Part shown: one piece after another, positions 34,668-45,083 of the stretch
Position numbering within the stretch: position 1 is the stretch's first letter
Layout of the letters: the number at the start of each line of letters is the position of its first letter
Virus record (IMG/VR): IMGVR_UViG_3300043473_000044
Span: 1-55,741 of that record
Strand: one strand, 5' to 3'
From: a virus
Lineage: Duplodnaviria > Caudoviricetes
DNA: 55,741 bases
Position numbers and translations under genes: made by a program
The notes under the pieces: model-generated
What the model was told of the DNA's origin: nothing
Database searches by the model: none
Seen by the model: the letters and a program-made list of their open reading frames with translations, nothing else

Positions 34668-36088
34668 GCCGGATCATATTGCCGCCGCGCAAGCTGTACA
34701 CGCCCCGCCCCTATCAGGGCATGATCGTGCAGCACCAGCTACGCCTGCCCCGCTGCTGCACATGGGCAGGGATGGGATCAGGCAAGACGGTTGCGACGTA
34801 CACCGCGATCGACATCCGCTTCATCGCCGGGAATGACAAGCCGGTGCTCGTCATCGCCCCGAAGCGCGTGGCCACGACAACGTGGCCGGAGGAGGCAAGG
34901 AAGTGGTCGCACCTCAAACAGATCACCGTCATGCCGATCATGGGTTCAGAGGATGAGCGCCGCCGGGCGCTGAAATACGACGCCAGCGTCTACACGATCA
35001 ACTTCGAAAACCTCGTATGGCTGGTTGAATACTACGGATCGAAGTGGCCGTTCGAGCATGTCGTGATCGACGAGAGCACCCGGCTCAAGTCGTTCCGTCT
35101 GAGGCAGGGCGGCGCCCGTGCGCGCGCCTTGGGCAGCATCGCGCATACCAAGATCAAGCAGATCGATCTCCTGACAGGTACGCCATCCCCCAACGGGCTG
35201 CTCGACTTGTGGGGTCAGCTTTGGTTCGTCGATCAGGGAGCGCGCCTAGGGCATAGCTACGAGGCTTTCAAGCAGCGCTGGTTCAGGCCGCCGGAGTACG
35301 GTGAGGGTCCACTGGTGCCTATGCCCCACGCACAGGCCGAGATTCAGGAACGCCTCAAGGACGTATGCCTGACCATCGACATGAAGGATTGGTTTGATCT
35401 GGAGGAGCCGATCGTCAACAACATCTATGTCGACATCCCGCCGAAGGCGAGAAAACTCTACCGTGAGATGGAGAAGAAGATGTTCATCCAGTTAGGCGAG
35501 AGGCAAGTCGAAGCGGTCAACGCTGCCAGCAAGACGCAGAAGCTGTTGCAGATAGCCTCCGGCGCTGTGTATCTCGACCCGGATGTTGATGATGACTACC
35601 ACCCGAAATCGAAGGATTGGAAGGAGGTTCACGACATCAAGCTTCAGGCGCTAGAGGAGATCATCGAGGAGTCCGGGGGTGAACCCATACTTGTCGCCTA
35701 CCACTTCAGGAGCGATCTCGCCCGGCTGCTCAAGGCTTTCCCGGCTGGCCGCGTGTTCGATGACAGCCCGAAGACCCAAGCCGATTGGAACGCATGCAAG
35801 ATACCCCTCCTGTTCCTGCACCCAAAATCGGCTGGCCATGGGCTGAACCTTCAGTATGGAGGCCGCACACTGGTGTACTTCACGCACGATTGGAACCTTG
35901 AGAATCGGCTGCAGATTCTTGAACGGATAGGCCCCGTCCGGCAGGAACAGGCTGGTTTCAAGAGATCAGTTTTCGTTCACAATATCATCGCCCGGGGGAC
36001 GATAGATGAGGATGTGATCGCCCGGACCGACGGTAAGAAAAGCGTTATGGAGGTGCTACTGGAGGCAATGAAAAGGAGGCAGGAATGA
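34664..36088 (+). CDS. SNF2-like DEAD/H helicase
   Basis: PRPYQ, MGSGKT, IDES, LTGTP, G.GLNLQ motifs. Confidence 0.92.
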   Translation: MSRIILPPRKLYTPRPYQGMIVQHQLRLPRCCTWAGMGSGKTVATYTAIDIRFIAGNDKPVLVIAPKRVATTTWPEEARKWSHLKQITVMPIMGSEDERRRALKYDASVYTINFENLVWLVEYYGSKWPFEHVVIDESTRLKSFRLRQGGARARALGSIAHTKIKQIDLLTGTPSPNGLLDLWGQLWFVDQGARLGHSYEAFKQRWFRPPEYGEGPLVPMPHAQAEIQERLKDVCLTIDMKDWFDLEEPIVNNIYVDIPPKARKLYREMEKKMFIQLGERQVEAVNAASKTQKLLQIASGAVYLDPDVDDDYHPKSKDWKEVHDIKLQALEEIIEESGGEPILVAYHFRSDLARLLKAFPAGRVFDDSPKTQADWNACKIPLLFLHPKSAGHGLNLQYGGRTLVYFTHDWNLENRLQILERIGPVRQEQAGFKRSVFVHNIIARGTIDEDVIARTDGKKSVMEVLLEAMKRRQE

Positions 36089-36189
36089 ATCTGACCAATG
36101 GAGAACTGGTAGGGATTGGACTATGGGGGATATGGATCGTGATCGCATTGTATGTGTTGTGGGATGTGTGGCGTCACAGGACTAAATAA
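36085..36189 (+). CDS. Small single-TM protein (34 aa)
   Basis: Hand-translated MNLTNGELVGIGLWGIWIVIALYVLWDVWRHRTK; AGGAGG RBS and ATGA overlap. Confidence 0.6.
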   Translation: MNLTNGELVGIGLWGIWIVIALYVLWDVWRHRTK

Positions 36190-36205
36190 CTAGGAGGAAT
36201 TAAGC

Positions 36206-36415
36206 ATGACATTAACAGGACAAGTAGCAGTATGCACGGGGATGATATTCGCGTTCCTGTTGGGGTACCTGATCCACACGCCGAAGGAAGATGCCAAGCA
36301 CTTCATGCCGGTTCAGTTCTATGCTTGTGACGTAGACCTCAACACCGCCGAGACAGGCATTGCCGATGCCTTGGCCAACCACTGCTCTCGCGTTAAATGG
36401 GAGAGGAAATTCTAA
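36206..36415 (+). CDS. Small membrane-anchored protein
   Basis: AGGAGG RBS; N-terminal hydrophobic helix. Confidence 0.65.
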   Translation: MTLTGQVAVCTGMIFAFLLGYLIHTPKEDAKHFMPVQFYACDVDLNTAETGIADALANHCSRVKWERKF

Positions 36416-36606
36416 TGGCTGACCATGCGGATATAACAGGGGAGAGGGTAGAGCTAACGAATACCGTAGCGGTCGCTGCGGTCAGGGCTGCTGCTGCGAA
36501 GATGCCGAAAGGGGAGGAGGGGGAGTGCCCCCTCTGCGGTGAGCACTCCTTGAGGATCGTAAGGGGTGCTTGCCCTCCCTGTAGGGACAAGCACAAACTG
36601 CCTTAA
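36415..36606 (+). CDS. TraR/DksA C4 zinc-finger-like protein
   Basis: MAD.AD N-terminal helix plus CPLC ... CPPC. Confidence 0.65.
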   Translation: MADHADITGERVELTNTVAVAAVRAAAAKMPKGEEGECPLCGEHSLRIVRGACPPCRDKHKLP

Positions 36607-36884
36607 TCTTTAGGTTCGCTTTCGTCTTCCACAACGTAGTAGTCGTGAGCGAGGATCACGTCCGCCGTAAATGTTATCGGCAAAGAGAGAACAGTCTCTG
36701 CTGGCCAAGAGTGTCGTTTACCGTCGGGCGTTATCCGAACAACGTGTGCCTGAGCGCCTGTCTCGGGCACCTCCGCCACGAATTCCAGATATCCATAATC
36801 TTCATCCCACGCGCGCCGGGCGACATGCTTGCCCTCGCGTAATGAGTCCATTGCTCCTGCGAATGTTCCTTTAAAGATACCCAT
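36603..36884 (-). CDS. Divergent DUF2829/Tad2-like protein
   Basis: TF.GAM..LREGK.VAR.AW ... D.ILA.DY.VV. Confidence 0.65.
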   Translation of the reverse strand: MGIFKGTFAGAMDSLREGKHVARRAWDEDYGYLEFVAEVPETGAQAHVVRITPDGKRHSWPAETVLSLPITFTADVILAHDYYVVEDESEPKD

Positions 36885-36901
36885 GTTTTAGTTTCTCCTA
36901 T

Positions 36902-37168
36902 CTAATCTAAAATAGCCGATGGCTTATGTTCTCCACCGTTCGGGAAGTCTACTACCCTGTCGCTGTCCGCCTTCAGTGCTGCGGCTACCCGGTCTGCGAC
37001 CATGGTATCCGTGAGCGTCCTCTGCTGTTCCTGCGCTTCCTGCTTACACCTTTGCACCTGCTCATTGATCCGACCTAGAAACTGCTGCGCCTTGTACATC
37101 GGCATCAAGATGCTGGCTGCTTCATTAATGAATTGCACGTCCTCCTCGGTCACAGTTATCTGAAACAT
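36902..37168 (-). CDS. Putative tail-fibre chaperone
   Basis: Follows the tail fibre; AAGGAG RBS. Confidence 0.45.
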   Translation of the reverse strand: MFQITVTEEDVQFINEAASILMPMYKAQQFLGRINEQVQRCKQEAQEQQRTLTDTMVADRVAAALKADSDRVVDFPNGGEHKPSAILD

Positions 37169-37178
37169 TTAATCTCCT

Positions 37179-38675
37179 TTAGTTGTTGTAGTAAGGCAGC
37201 TTATAGATAACACCATCGATCTTAAATCTCAAGTAGCCGCTCGTCTGCACCGGGAGGCCACCACTGTTGCCAGCGGTAGCTGAAGCGGCGATGTTGGTCG
37301 CACCGCCGGTCACACCGAAGCCCTGTTGGAAGTTTACCCAGCAATTTTCAAAGCCGACGATGTCCTTGAAGGAGGCATTAGCGCTTACACAAGCGCCTTG
37401 CGGATCGAACAGAAGTTTCCCCCCGGCGTTCAGAACTATTGCGCCGGTGCTGTAGGTACCGGACAACTTGATACCGATGGGCTTATTGCTGGCGTCCCAT
37501 ATACCGTAGATGGTATGCGCGCCGGAGGTGTTGATCAGAATCCCGGTCTGCATGTCGTAGTTCAGCCGGATACCGTTTACGAAGTATGAGCCGCCCGGAT
37601 CACCGTCGTAAGCACCGATCCGCAAACCGGCAGTTATCGTCGCGATCGTCCCCCCGGGATTAGCCCGAAGCGTTACCAGTTCGATACCGACGCGGGTACC
37701 GAAGGCGTCTGTACCGTTGGCGTATAGGGAAGCGGTTATCGCGTTGAGGGTTCCCGAGGGATCAGGCAGCGTCGTGAAGTCCTTGGCCTCGAACGCACCG
37801 GCTTGAGAGTGTCCGGCAGCGCGCTTGTTTACCCCGAAGTACCCCGCGATGTTGTAGTTCCCTAACGCGTAATTCTCAAGCGTTGAGTAGACTCCGAACT
37901 CGCGGTTCGTCGTGGAAGCTTGGACGATGTTCAGCACTTGCAGGGCTGCAGCTACCGTCCCCGCTGCGCCCCCGGTATGGTTGGCCACGCGTTCTACCCG
38001 GGCGGCATGCCGGTTAGGAGAGGTCGCTACGTCCGCGACGTGGAGCCAGCTTAGGGGATTGTTATTGCCGAGGCCGAGGTACCCGGAGGGGTTCACCACG
38101 CTCCCGCCGGGGAGGAATACTGCGTCCCTTACGAACAGGTTCCTGACCCTGAAATCCGTGCCTATGTCACCCGTCAGATTGGCCGCGTTGATTGTTGCGC
38201 GCGCTACCCCCGCATCGATATCATCGAGCATCGTCAGCATGAATGGGCTGACGTTCAGGTTGGTACCTCCCCCGCCGCTGCCCCCGCTGCCTAAGTACGA
38301 TGCCCCCGCGATCAATACAAACGTAAGGGGCGAGGTGCCGATGATGGGAGCGTTTGGCTGAGTGAGCATCCAGAGGGTGTTGGGGTTGGTAACGCCCCCC
38401 GGGACCGGGATGCACGTTCCGCGCATGATGTCCCTTGTGCCATCGAAATCAGGCGCGCGTTCCCACTCCGCCGTAGTGTTATAGAGATAGATTCCATTCT
38501 CGATCGGGTTGGTCTGCGCCTTGACCAGTATGCGTTCCCCGTCCGTAAACGGCCCGGCACCATCGACTATCTGAGCACCGAACAACGTTAGGTTTACATT
38601 GCTGGCCACCCGGCACGGAGCCTTCATCCCTAGCGTTCCGATCAGTCCTGCTATCCTGTCCTGTTGTCCTGCCAT
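37179..38675 (-). CDS. Tail fibre / spike
   Basis: K.P.RVA...NLTL.G.Q.VDG ... RILVK.QT...ENGIY anchor; Gly/Thr-rich; ends YKLPYY. Confidence 0.8.
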   Translation of the reverse strand: MAGQQDRIAGLIGTLGMKAPCRVASNVNLTLFGAQIVDGAGPFTDGERILVKAQTNPIENGIYLYNTTAEWERAPDFDGTRDIMRGTCIPVPGGVTNPNTLWMLTQPNAPIIGTSPLTFVLIAGASYLGSGGSGGGGTNLNVSPFMLTMLDDIDAGVARATINAANLTGDIGTDFRVRNLFVRDAVFLPGGSVVNPSGYLGLGNNNPLSWLHVADVATSPNRHAARVERVANHTGGAAGTVAAALQVLNIVQASTTNREFGVYSTLENYALGNYNIAGYFGVNKRAAGHSQAGAFEAKDFTTLPDPSGTLNAITASLYANGTDAFGTRVGIELVTLRANPGGTIATITAGLRIGAYDGDPGGSYFVNGIRLNYDMQTGILINTSGAHTIYGIWDASNKPIGIKLSGTYSTGAIVLNAGGKLLFDPQGACVSANASFKDIVGFENCWVNFQQGFGVTGGATNIAASATAGNSGGLPVQTSGYLRFKIDGVIYKLPYYNN

Positions 38676-38690
38676 GATTTTCTCCTTAAG

Positions 38691-41600
38691 TTATTTCCGC
38701 TCTTTAGGTGGGCCAAACAGTATTCCTTCCATCGTGCCCGTGTCGTCCATGAAAGCCCCGGTGCCGACTATGGCGTTCTTGATCGGGGTACCGGGCAACC
38801 CGAGCAAGTAGCTTACGCCCATGATAGCGTTGCCCACGCTCTTTTCGTCGCCCTCATCTTTGTAGAGGTCTATACTGGATTTGATGCCGAGCCGCACCCC
38901 TTCTCCTGCTGATACAACCGGCGATAACTTCAAACCATAGGCAGCGAGATCAGGATCGAAACTGCGCCATGCGTAAGGCCCGATCTCACGCAGGAGCGGG
39001 ATGAAACTCATCTGATACAGCATAGCGTCAGTACCAAGGCGCTTGACCCAATCCTCCGGTTCTTCCTCCCCCGGATCACCGCGCAAGAGACTCAAAGCCA
39101 GATCATTCAATATCGCCGGTAGTATCACGATCATGGCCGTGGCCTTCATAAACGTCGTTATGGCCTTGATCTTCTCGCCTTCATTCCACCGTCGCTTGGA
39201 TATCGAACCCGCCCGAATCTGCTGGTTTAACTGAGAACTGGCAAAGCTGTAGAACATCGTCATTAGCTGGCGAAGCGGCCCCTCCTGCATTTGTGACACA
39301 TCCAGTTCACGCCCGGAACCTTGCGTCTGCCGAACAACGTGATCGGCAAATAATACCGCTTCGCCGTGGTTGTTCGCGTAGTCCCGCATACCTTTCTTGT
39401 ACGCCGCGTTCCATGCGACCGCGCTCATTACCTGATCGGTCTTACCCATCAACCACAACCAAGTAGACATGGCCGGCATCAAAGGCTCGTTGATGGTCAT
39501 CTTCTTCGCTTCCTCCTGCAAAGCACGGTCGTAACTCAAGTGCCGGTTGCGAAGGTAATGCGAACTCTCCACGGCGAAGCGGTATGCCGCAGGACCGAGG
39601 GGGCTTATCATCCGCATGGCCTCCAGCGCCGTAGACGCGATACCGACCCGTGATGCCAAGGGCGCCAAGTTGAGTATGTTCTGCATCGCTGGCCAAAAAC
39701 TAGACAGCAATACCACGACCGTGTTCTTGCGCGCTATGTTAAAGAAGCGCTCGTAAGGCGTGTTAGGTTGATGCGCGCGCGTGGCCACGCTCTCGATACG
39801 CCCGACAAGTGCTTGGTATTCTTTTTCCGATGACGCTCTCTTGATGACCGTCTGGATATCCGCGTCGTTCAGAAGTCTGTAGGTATCCGCCACGGCCTCC
39901 CGGAAGGCGATGTCGTGTATTGTTTCGCCCACGGTAGTAGCGAAGATGTCCATGGACAGCTTGGGCGGTTTGCTGCTGGTTTCTACCCGTGCGATGCTTG
40001 CTCCTTGCATTGTGCGAGGTGCTACCCCGCCCATCCCCCCAGTATCCCCGCTCAACATCTGTTGGATCGCACCCGCGCCCGTCGCAGCAACACCCCTCTC
40101 CGAGTCGTACTTCAGCTTGAAGTACCCGCCGGTCATAGCCCCGTTTCGGGTCTGGTACGGCAGCGCTTCTACCTTGGGCGCAGCCTTGCCTCGGGTACGC
40201 TCGTCCAGTGCAGATAGTTCAGGCCAGATATCCTTATCGAATATCTCCCATATCCCGTTCACAAGCGCAACGTCGCGCGCATCAAGGAGATCGATGATCT
40301 CGCGCTGTTTGACCTCGTTCCAGCCGTAAGCAGCCTCCATACGCTGACGGCCTTCAGGATTGCCGTGCAGGAGTGCTATGACAGTGACCTCCTCACGGGT
40401 CAACACTATCGGATTACTGTCGGCATCCCGGATATTAGCGGGGACGATGTTCACCCGGCTGAACGCCCGGCGGTCAAGCACATTGTAGGGTTTATAAAGT
40501 GCCTTCATCTTCTTGAACAGGCCGTCCATCCGGGTAGCCTTCCAATCAACTCTCTCATCCATGCGCTTGAACAGCATCTCATGTAGCGCCCCGAACTCAC
40601 CCCCTTCCAGTACGTTTATGATTGTCTCCATGTTCATCAACAGCGCACCGTATTCACTAATCCGCTTCGCAAACCCTGACTTCTGCGAACTGCTCTGGTA
40701 AGGCTCCTGCTTAATCGAACCGTTCGCATTGAATAGTTTCCCGTGGAACTGCCGGAGGCGCTGCAATACCGTCGCCTTGTCCTCCGCGAAGGTCTGGTTA
40801 CGGATCGCCATGTACTGCTCACGCTCTCGCCTTGCGAGGATGCCGATCGACTTAACGGCGTCCGTCAACTCCCTGAACTCCTCAATCGTGAGGGTTTCAT
40901 AATCCTGCGATATCTGTTCGCTGAGAATCCATGGTGCGACGGTAGGCGCGATGGCCGAGTTCTGGCCAGCCGTAGCCTGTATGTACGTCCCGAGATCGCG
41001 ACGGGGTGCGACTGCGGTCTGCGACGTCTGACGGCTCTTGACGCCGAAGCGTTCAAGCAGTGCGTTAAGTTGGATGAGGTGTTCCCCGCCCATGGCCTTC
41101 TGCGCGGAGGGACGCGCCATGGCCTTCATGCGCACGATGTCGTTCTCGACCTCCTCCTGAGCATGTATGGCTTCCTTGTAGAGCGCGTTGTTGATTATCG
41201 CTGTCCGTTGCGCGCGGATTGCCCGTGCGGAGTCTGAAGCTGCGTACTTCAGTGCTTCCTTATTCGCCCGGGATTCTGCCGCTTCGTACTGTTTGGGGCG
41301 CAAGTCCTGCACCTTTACCTTGGCGATTGCATCCTGTGCTGCGATCTTCGCAGCCCTGATAATTTCCCGTACAGAGATGCCGCCGTGTCCGAGGATACTC
41401 AACCCTGTAGCGAGGAACCGTGTACGCGCTTCGTTCACTATGGCCGCGTTGACTGTCTCCTCGATCGCTTGGGCGTCGACCATCTCCCCATGGCGCTCTA
41501 ACATGCGCGCGTCGGTCAGGCCGTTGATCTTGGTCTGCGCGTCTTCCGCCGTGACGAGTTGCATGAATAGCTGCTGCGGCGTGTCGAAGCCGAACATGCT

Positions 41601-44600
41601 GGCCACCAAGTTCGGGTGTAAGCCGTCGGCGGCTACCATGTGCTTCATGTACGGCGGTATCTTCCCGTCGGGGGATATCTCCTTCATGGCGGCGGTGTTC
41701 AGCTTGAAGTTGTCGGCGCGGGTTACGGTGCCCGTAGCCGCATCGATCATCTCGCCAGTACGCAGGAAATGCCGCGCAAGATTGATCGGCTCGTTCATTA
41801 CCTCCTGCGTCACCTCTGCCCGGATTACGTCGCGCAAGGCTTTGGCTTCCGCTTGGATACGCTTCAATACCTTGCTCCGGGCGTTGGACAGCCACTTCAT
41901 GTCGCGCATGGCGCGGCGCTGTACCGTGTCCACGGCCTCTTGGGTCGCGGCCTCATCGAGCCGTAGATACTCCGCGTATTCGGCTTCTGTCATCCCGGCC
42001 TGTTCAGCCGTCTGGAAGATAGGCACATAGCCGCGCGCGGCCTCGGCCTCCGCAACCGCTTCCTCGCTTGCGATCAGGCGGGAGAAGACAGCGCGCACTT
42101 CGTTGTTCAGATTACCGGCCGCAGGATGGGACCGAAGGAACGCCTCCGCCGATTGGTAGACCCTCAACATCCAGTTCTTGAAGCGCACGAACACCGGCTG
42201 CATCTTGAGCGTCGGCGCTTTGCCCTCTAGCATCCACAACTCGAAGGACTCCGCAAACTGCTCATGGTGCGGGGTCTGTTCAGCGACGGACATCGAGTTC
42301 CATTGTTCAGCCGTCACCCCGAACCAATCCATGATCGCGTTGAAATCGTTGATTACTGTTTGCGGAGCATCTGGCCGGGCGGCGAGTTTCCCCATGACGT
42401 CGAGGTAGAAGTGCCCGCTCTCATGGATCACAGTGGACAGGTTCGCGCCCTCGAAGAAGGTCGTCATCATCCCGCTAGGATCATATCCTCCAAGAAGATC
42501 GCCCTGTTTAAGGATGTTTGAAGTAGTTATCTCAGCGTCAGGGTTAACGTCGAACCACCTTTGACCGTTGTTGTAGGCGTCGAACATCTCTTGTAACGAG
42601 AGTTCTTCCTTGCCCAACACGCCTTTCACCCCGGGCCTTATGAGGGTGTCGCCGTTAACTTGGGTAAGACGAGGGTTAAGTTCTAACTTACCTGAATCGC
42701 CCGTTACAGCGAAACCTTGGATCATCGAGAATAAAGACCGGCTGAAGGGCGTTGGTTGATTTTCGAAAACACCGGGGGCGACGAGTTCTTTTCCAGATAC
42801 GATCCATTTTTTACCGACTTTCCATTTACCCGGTTCGGCTTTCGTGCTCGGTAAAAACTGTCCGCCTTTATAGAAGTACCCATTTGACCCTGCGGTTTCC
42901 CCACCGACTTTTGCTTGTGTTCTATCATCTTGAGCAAACCCTTCACCCGTTTGCGCCGGTGCTGTCCCCGCTTCAGCTTGATAAGGGTACTGAGCGAACA
43001 TCTCTGCCGGAGACATTCCAAAGCGCTTAGACTGCACCGCGTAGAACTCTGAGAGCGGTATGGCATTGGCTCTAGCCGTGAACTTGTCGTACCTTCCGGT
43101 AGCAACTAGCTGGTCTGCGATCTCGTTGCGGATATCCCTCAGTTCGATCTCGCGCTGTTTCCGTGAGTCCTGCTTCGCTGCGGCGACCGCTGCCTGTTCC
43201 TTGAACGTCTGGAAGAAAACCTCGGACTCGATGAACGTCATGCCTTCCGGCGTGATTCTGGAGTTGTTCAGTATCGAATCGAGAACCTCGGGCGTCCTGA
43301 CGTTGGCGATCAGATCGCCGGTCGTGATCCGAATAGAGCCGCCTTCGTTCAAAGGGTCGTTCATCTGCGCGAAAACATCCGGCATGGTCTTCGCCAGTTC
43401 TTCCTTGTTCACGCCCGATTGGTTGAATATCTCCCCCAAGGTTTCAGTATCGACGTACACCTCGGCCATCTTCCCGTCCTCGGTCATCAAGTCGATGAAG
43501 TTCTGGAAAGCTTGGGGCGACCGGGAAAGGATCGCGTTGTCCGCTGAAGCGCTCACGATCGCCTCCAGCGTCGCACGGTCCTGCTGCGCCTGATCCGCCT
43601 TCGAGACATTGCTGCCGAACGCCCCGGCCATAGGTCCCCCGACCACGGGACCGAGGATCGCGCCCTGCGCCGTGGCTTCAGCTACGTTCTCCGTGAGTGA
43701 TTGCGCCGGGTTTGCGTAAATCTTGGTCGCGACGTTTTCTTCAAACTGCTCGAAGCCGCTTTGGGGTGCTTCTACTCCGCCCTCGATCGCGCCACCCTTG
43801 AGCGCCCGGGGTAAGAGAGCGCCGCCCTCGCCTATGATCTTGCCCAAGAACCTACCGCCGACGCCAGCGATCGCACCGGTCGTGACCAGACTCATCAAGC
43901 CGGAAGCTTCACCAGCCCGACCCGCCGTGAGCGTTTTTGCAACCTCCGGGTCATACCCGAGCGCGATGTATTCCTGAAACTCCGGTGACTTGGCGATTCT
44001 GTCAAAAGCCATTTTCTCGATCTTGGATGCAACGCTGGTGGACTGCTGACCGTAGGCCACCAAGCCCTCACCTATCCCCGCGATCGCGGTACCCGCTTTA
44101 ACGGCAGCAGCGATGGCTAAATCCCGCGCCTCCGTTAATGTAGCCCCCTCAAGCAGCGCCTTTGTCCGTGCAGCGATCGCAGCGCCCCTTGTTGCCGCCC
44201 CCGCGACCATCAACATCAAGCTACTTGGCAGGGATTGGAAGACATCGCCCAACACTTTGACTCCGTCGAAGTACGCAGCCTTCCGGGGGTCGAGCGTAAA
44301 GTATTCGAGCGGAGCGGTTCTTGCCTTCATCTCCGGGTCCACGCCTTGCATGACTGCTTCGCCCTTCGCCTGTTGACTTCTGGCGATTTCCTCCAAGGGA
44401 TGAAGGGCGGCACGTATCCTCTCAAACTCAGCCTTATCCCCTTTGGTGATGATCGCGATCTGCTCATCGGATAGAACAGCGTCGCCGCCCATACCCACGA
44501 AGTTCAAAAGCATCGATGCGGTCTTGGTAGCTGCGGCGGCGATGTTGTGCCCTCCAGTTTCCAAGGTCTGACCGAAATACTTCATTATGTTGTAGTCCAC

Positions 44601-45083
44601 CTCCATCTTCTTGAGGGAGCCTTCATCCCCCCGACCGACGGCTGCGTTGTTCTCCATCCACTTCGCGGTGGCCGGAGTCTTCTGCGCCATCTCCGCAGGG
44701 TCGTTGTTCTTGCGGAACAACATCTCCTGCGCTTCCTTCGTGGAGGCCGGTAAGGAACCCGGCTCCACGCCTAGCTGCCGGGCGATCTCCCGGCGCTTGG
44801 CTTCCTCGTCGGGGTTCTTCCCGGCAGAGGTCAGAATGGCTTCGTGTACCTTCTGAGGATCGGGAGTGTTCTTTTTTACGTCGCTGCTGACCTCGTCCAG
44901 AATGGACAGGTAATCGATCGCGCCTGTACGGGGTACCGGAGCCATGGCAGTTTCAGCCGGTGCCGTTACAGGAAGGACGGGAGCCTTAACCGGAGGCAAA
45001 CCAGCCGAAGGTTCTGTAGTGGTGCCGGTAGCGGAGCCGCCCGTGACCTGATCCAGCACTGACAGATAATCGATATCGGCCAT
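38691..45083 (-). CDS. Large internal virion (ejection) protein, 2130 aa
   Basis: Size and synteny; ANLSTVIHESGHFYL HExxH motif; hydrophobic Gly/Ala region. Confidence 0.8.
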   Translation of the reverse strand: MADIDYLSVLDQVTGGSATGTTTEPSAGLPPVKAPVLPVTAPAETAMAPVPRTGAIDYLSILDEVSSDVKKNTPDPQKVHEAILTSAGKNPDEEAKRREIARQLGVEPGSLPASTKEAQEMLFRKNNDPAEMAQKTPATAKWMENNAAVGRGDEGSLKKMEVDYNIMKYFGQTLETGGHNIAAAATKTASMLLNFVGMGGDAVLSDEQIAIITKGDKAEFERIRAALHPLEEIARSQQAKGEAVMQGVDPEMKARTAPLEYFTLDPRKAAYFDGVKVLGDVFQSLPSSLMLMVAGAATRGAAIAARTKALLEGATLTEARDLAIAAAVKAGTAIAGIGEGLVAYGQQSTSVASKIEKMAFDRIAKSPEFQEYIALGYDPEVAKTLTAGRAGEASGLMSLVTTGAIAGVGGRFLGKIIGEGGALLPRALKGGAIEGGVEAPQSGFEQFEENVATKIYANPAQSLTENVAEATAQGAILGPVVGGPMAGAFGSNVSKADQAQQDRATLEAIVSASADNAILSRSPQAFQNFIDLMTEDGKMAEVYVDTETLGEIFNQSGVNKEELAKTMPDVFAQMNDPLNEGGSIRITTGDLIANVRTPEVLDSILNNSRITPEGMTFIESEVFFQTFKEQAAVAAAKQDSRKQREIELRDIRNEIADQLVATGRYDKFTARANAIPLSEFYAVQSKRFGMSPAEMFAQYPYQAEAGTAPAQTGEGFAQDDRTQAKVGGETAGSNGYFYKGGQFLPSTKAEPGKWKVGKKWIVSGKELVAPGVFENQPTPFSRSLFSMIQGFAVTGDSGKLELNPRLTQVNGDTLIRPGVKGVLGKEELSLQEMFDAYNNGQRWFDVNPDAEITTSNILKQGDLLGGYDPSGMMTTFFEGANLSTVIHESGHFYLDVMGKLAARPDAPQTVINDFNAIMDWFGVTAEQWNSMSVAEQTPHHEQFAESFELWMLEGKAPTLKMQPVFVRFKNWMLRVYQSAEAFLRSHPAAGNLNNEVRAVFSRLIASEEAVAEAEAARGYVPIFQTAEQAGMTEAEYAEYLRLDEAATQEAVDTVQRRAMRDMKWLSNARSKVLKRIQAEAKALRDVIRAEVTQEVMNEPINLARHFLRTGEMIDAATGTVTRADNFKLNTAAMKEISPDGKIPPYMKHMVAADGLHPNLVASMFGFDTPQQLFMQLVTAEDAQTKINGLTDARMLERHGEMVDAQAIEETVNAAIVNEARTRFLATGLSILGHGGISVREIIRAAKIAAQDAIAKVKVQDLRPKQYEAAESRANKEALKYAASDSARAIRAQRTAIINNALYKEAIHAQEEVENDIVRMKAMARPSAQKAMGGEHLIQLNALLERFGVKSRQTSQTAVAPRRDLGTYIQATAGQNSAIAPTVAPWILSEQISQDYETLTIEEFRELTDAVKSIGILARREREQYMAIRNQTFAEDKATVLQRLRQFHGKLFNANGSIKQEPYQSSSQKSGFAKRISEYGALLMNMETIINVLEGGEFGALHEMLFKRMDERVDWKATRMDGLFKKMKALYKPYNVLDRRAFSRVNIVPANIRDADSNPIVLTREEVTVIALLHGNPEGRQRMEAAYGWNEVKQREIIDLLDARDVALVNGIWEIFDKDIWPELSALDERTRGKAAPKVEALPYQTRNGAMTGGYFKLKYDSERGVAATGAGAIQQMLSGDTGGMGGVAPRTMQGASIARVETSSKPPKLSMDIFATTVGETIHDIAFREAVADTYRLLNDADIQTVIKRASSEKEYQALVGRIESVATRAHQPNTPYERFFNIARKNTVVVLLSSFWPAMQNILNLAPLASRVGIASTALEAMRMISPLGPAAYRFAVESSHYLRNRHLSYDRALQEEAKKMTINEPLMPAMSTWLWLMGKTDQVMSAVAWNAAYKKGMRDYANNHGEAVLFADHVVRQTQGSGRELDVSQMQEGPLRQLMTMFYSFASSQLNQQIRAGSISKRRWNEGEKIKAITTFMKATAMIVILPAILNDLALSLLRGDPGEEEPEDWVKRLGTDAMLYQMSFIPLLREIGPYAWRSFDPDLAAYGLKLSPVVSAGEGVRLGIKSSIDLYKDEGDEKSVGNAIMGVSYLLGLPGTPIKNAIVGTGAFMDDTGTMEGILFGPPKERK

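Noticed and set aside
36603-38675. BPP-1-type diversity-generating retroelement at the tail fibre
   Set aside because: No reverse transcriptase ORF, and I saw no template/variable repeat pair differing at adenines.
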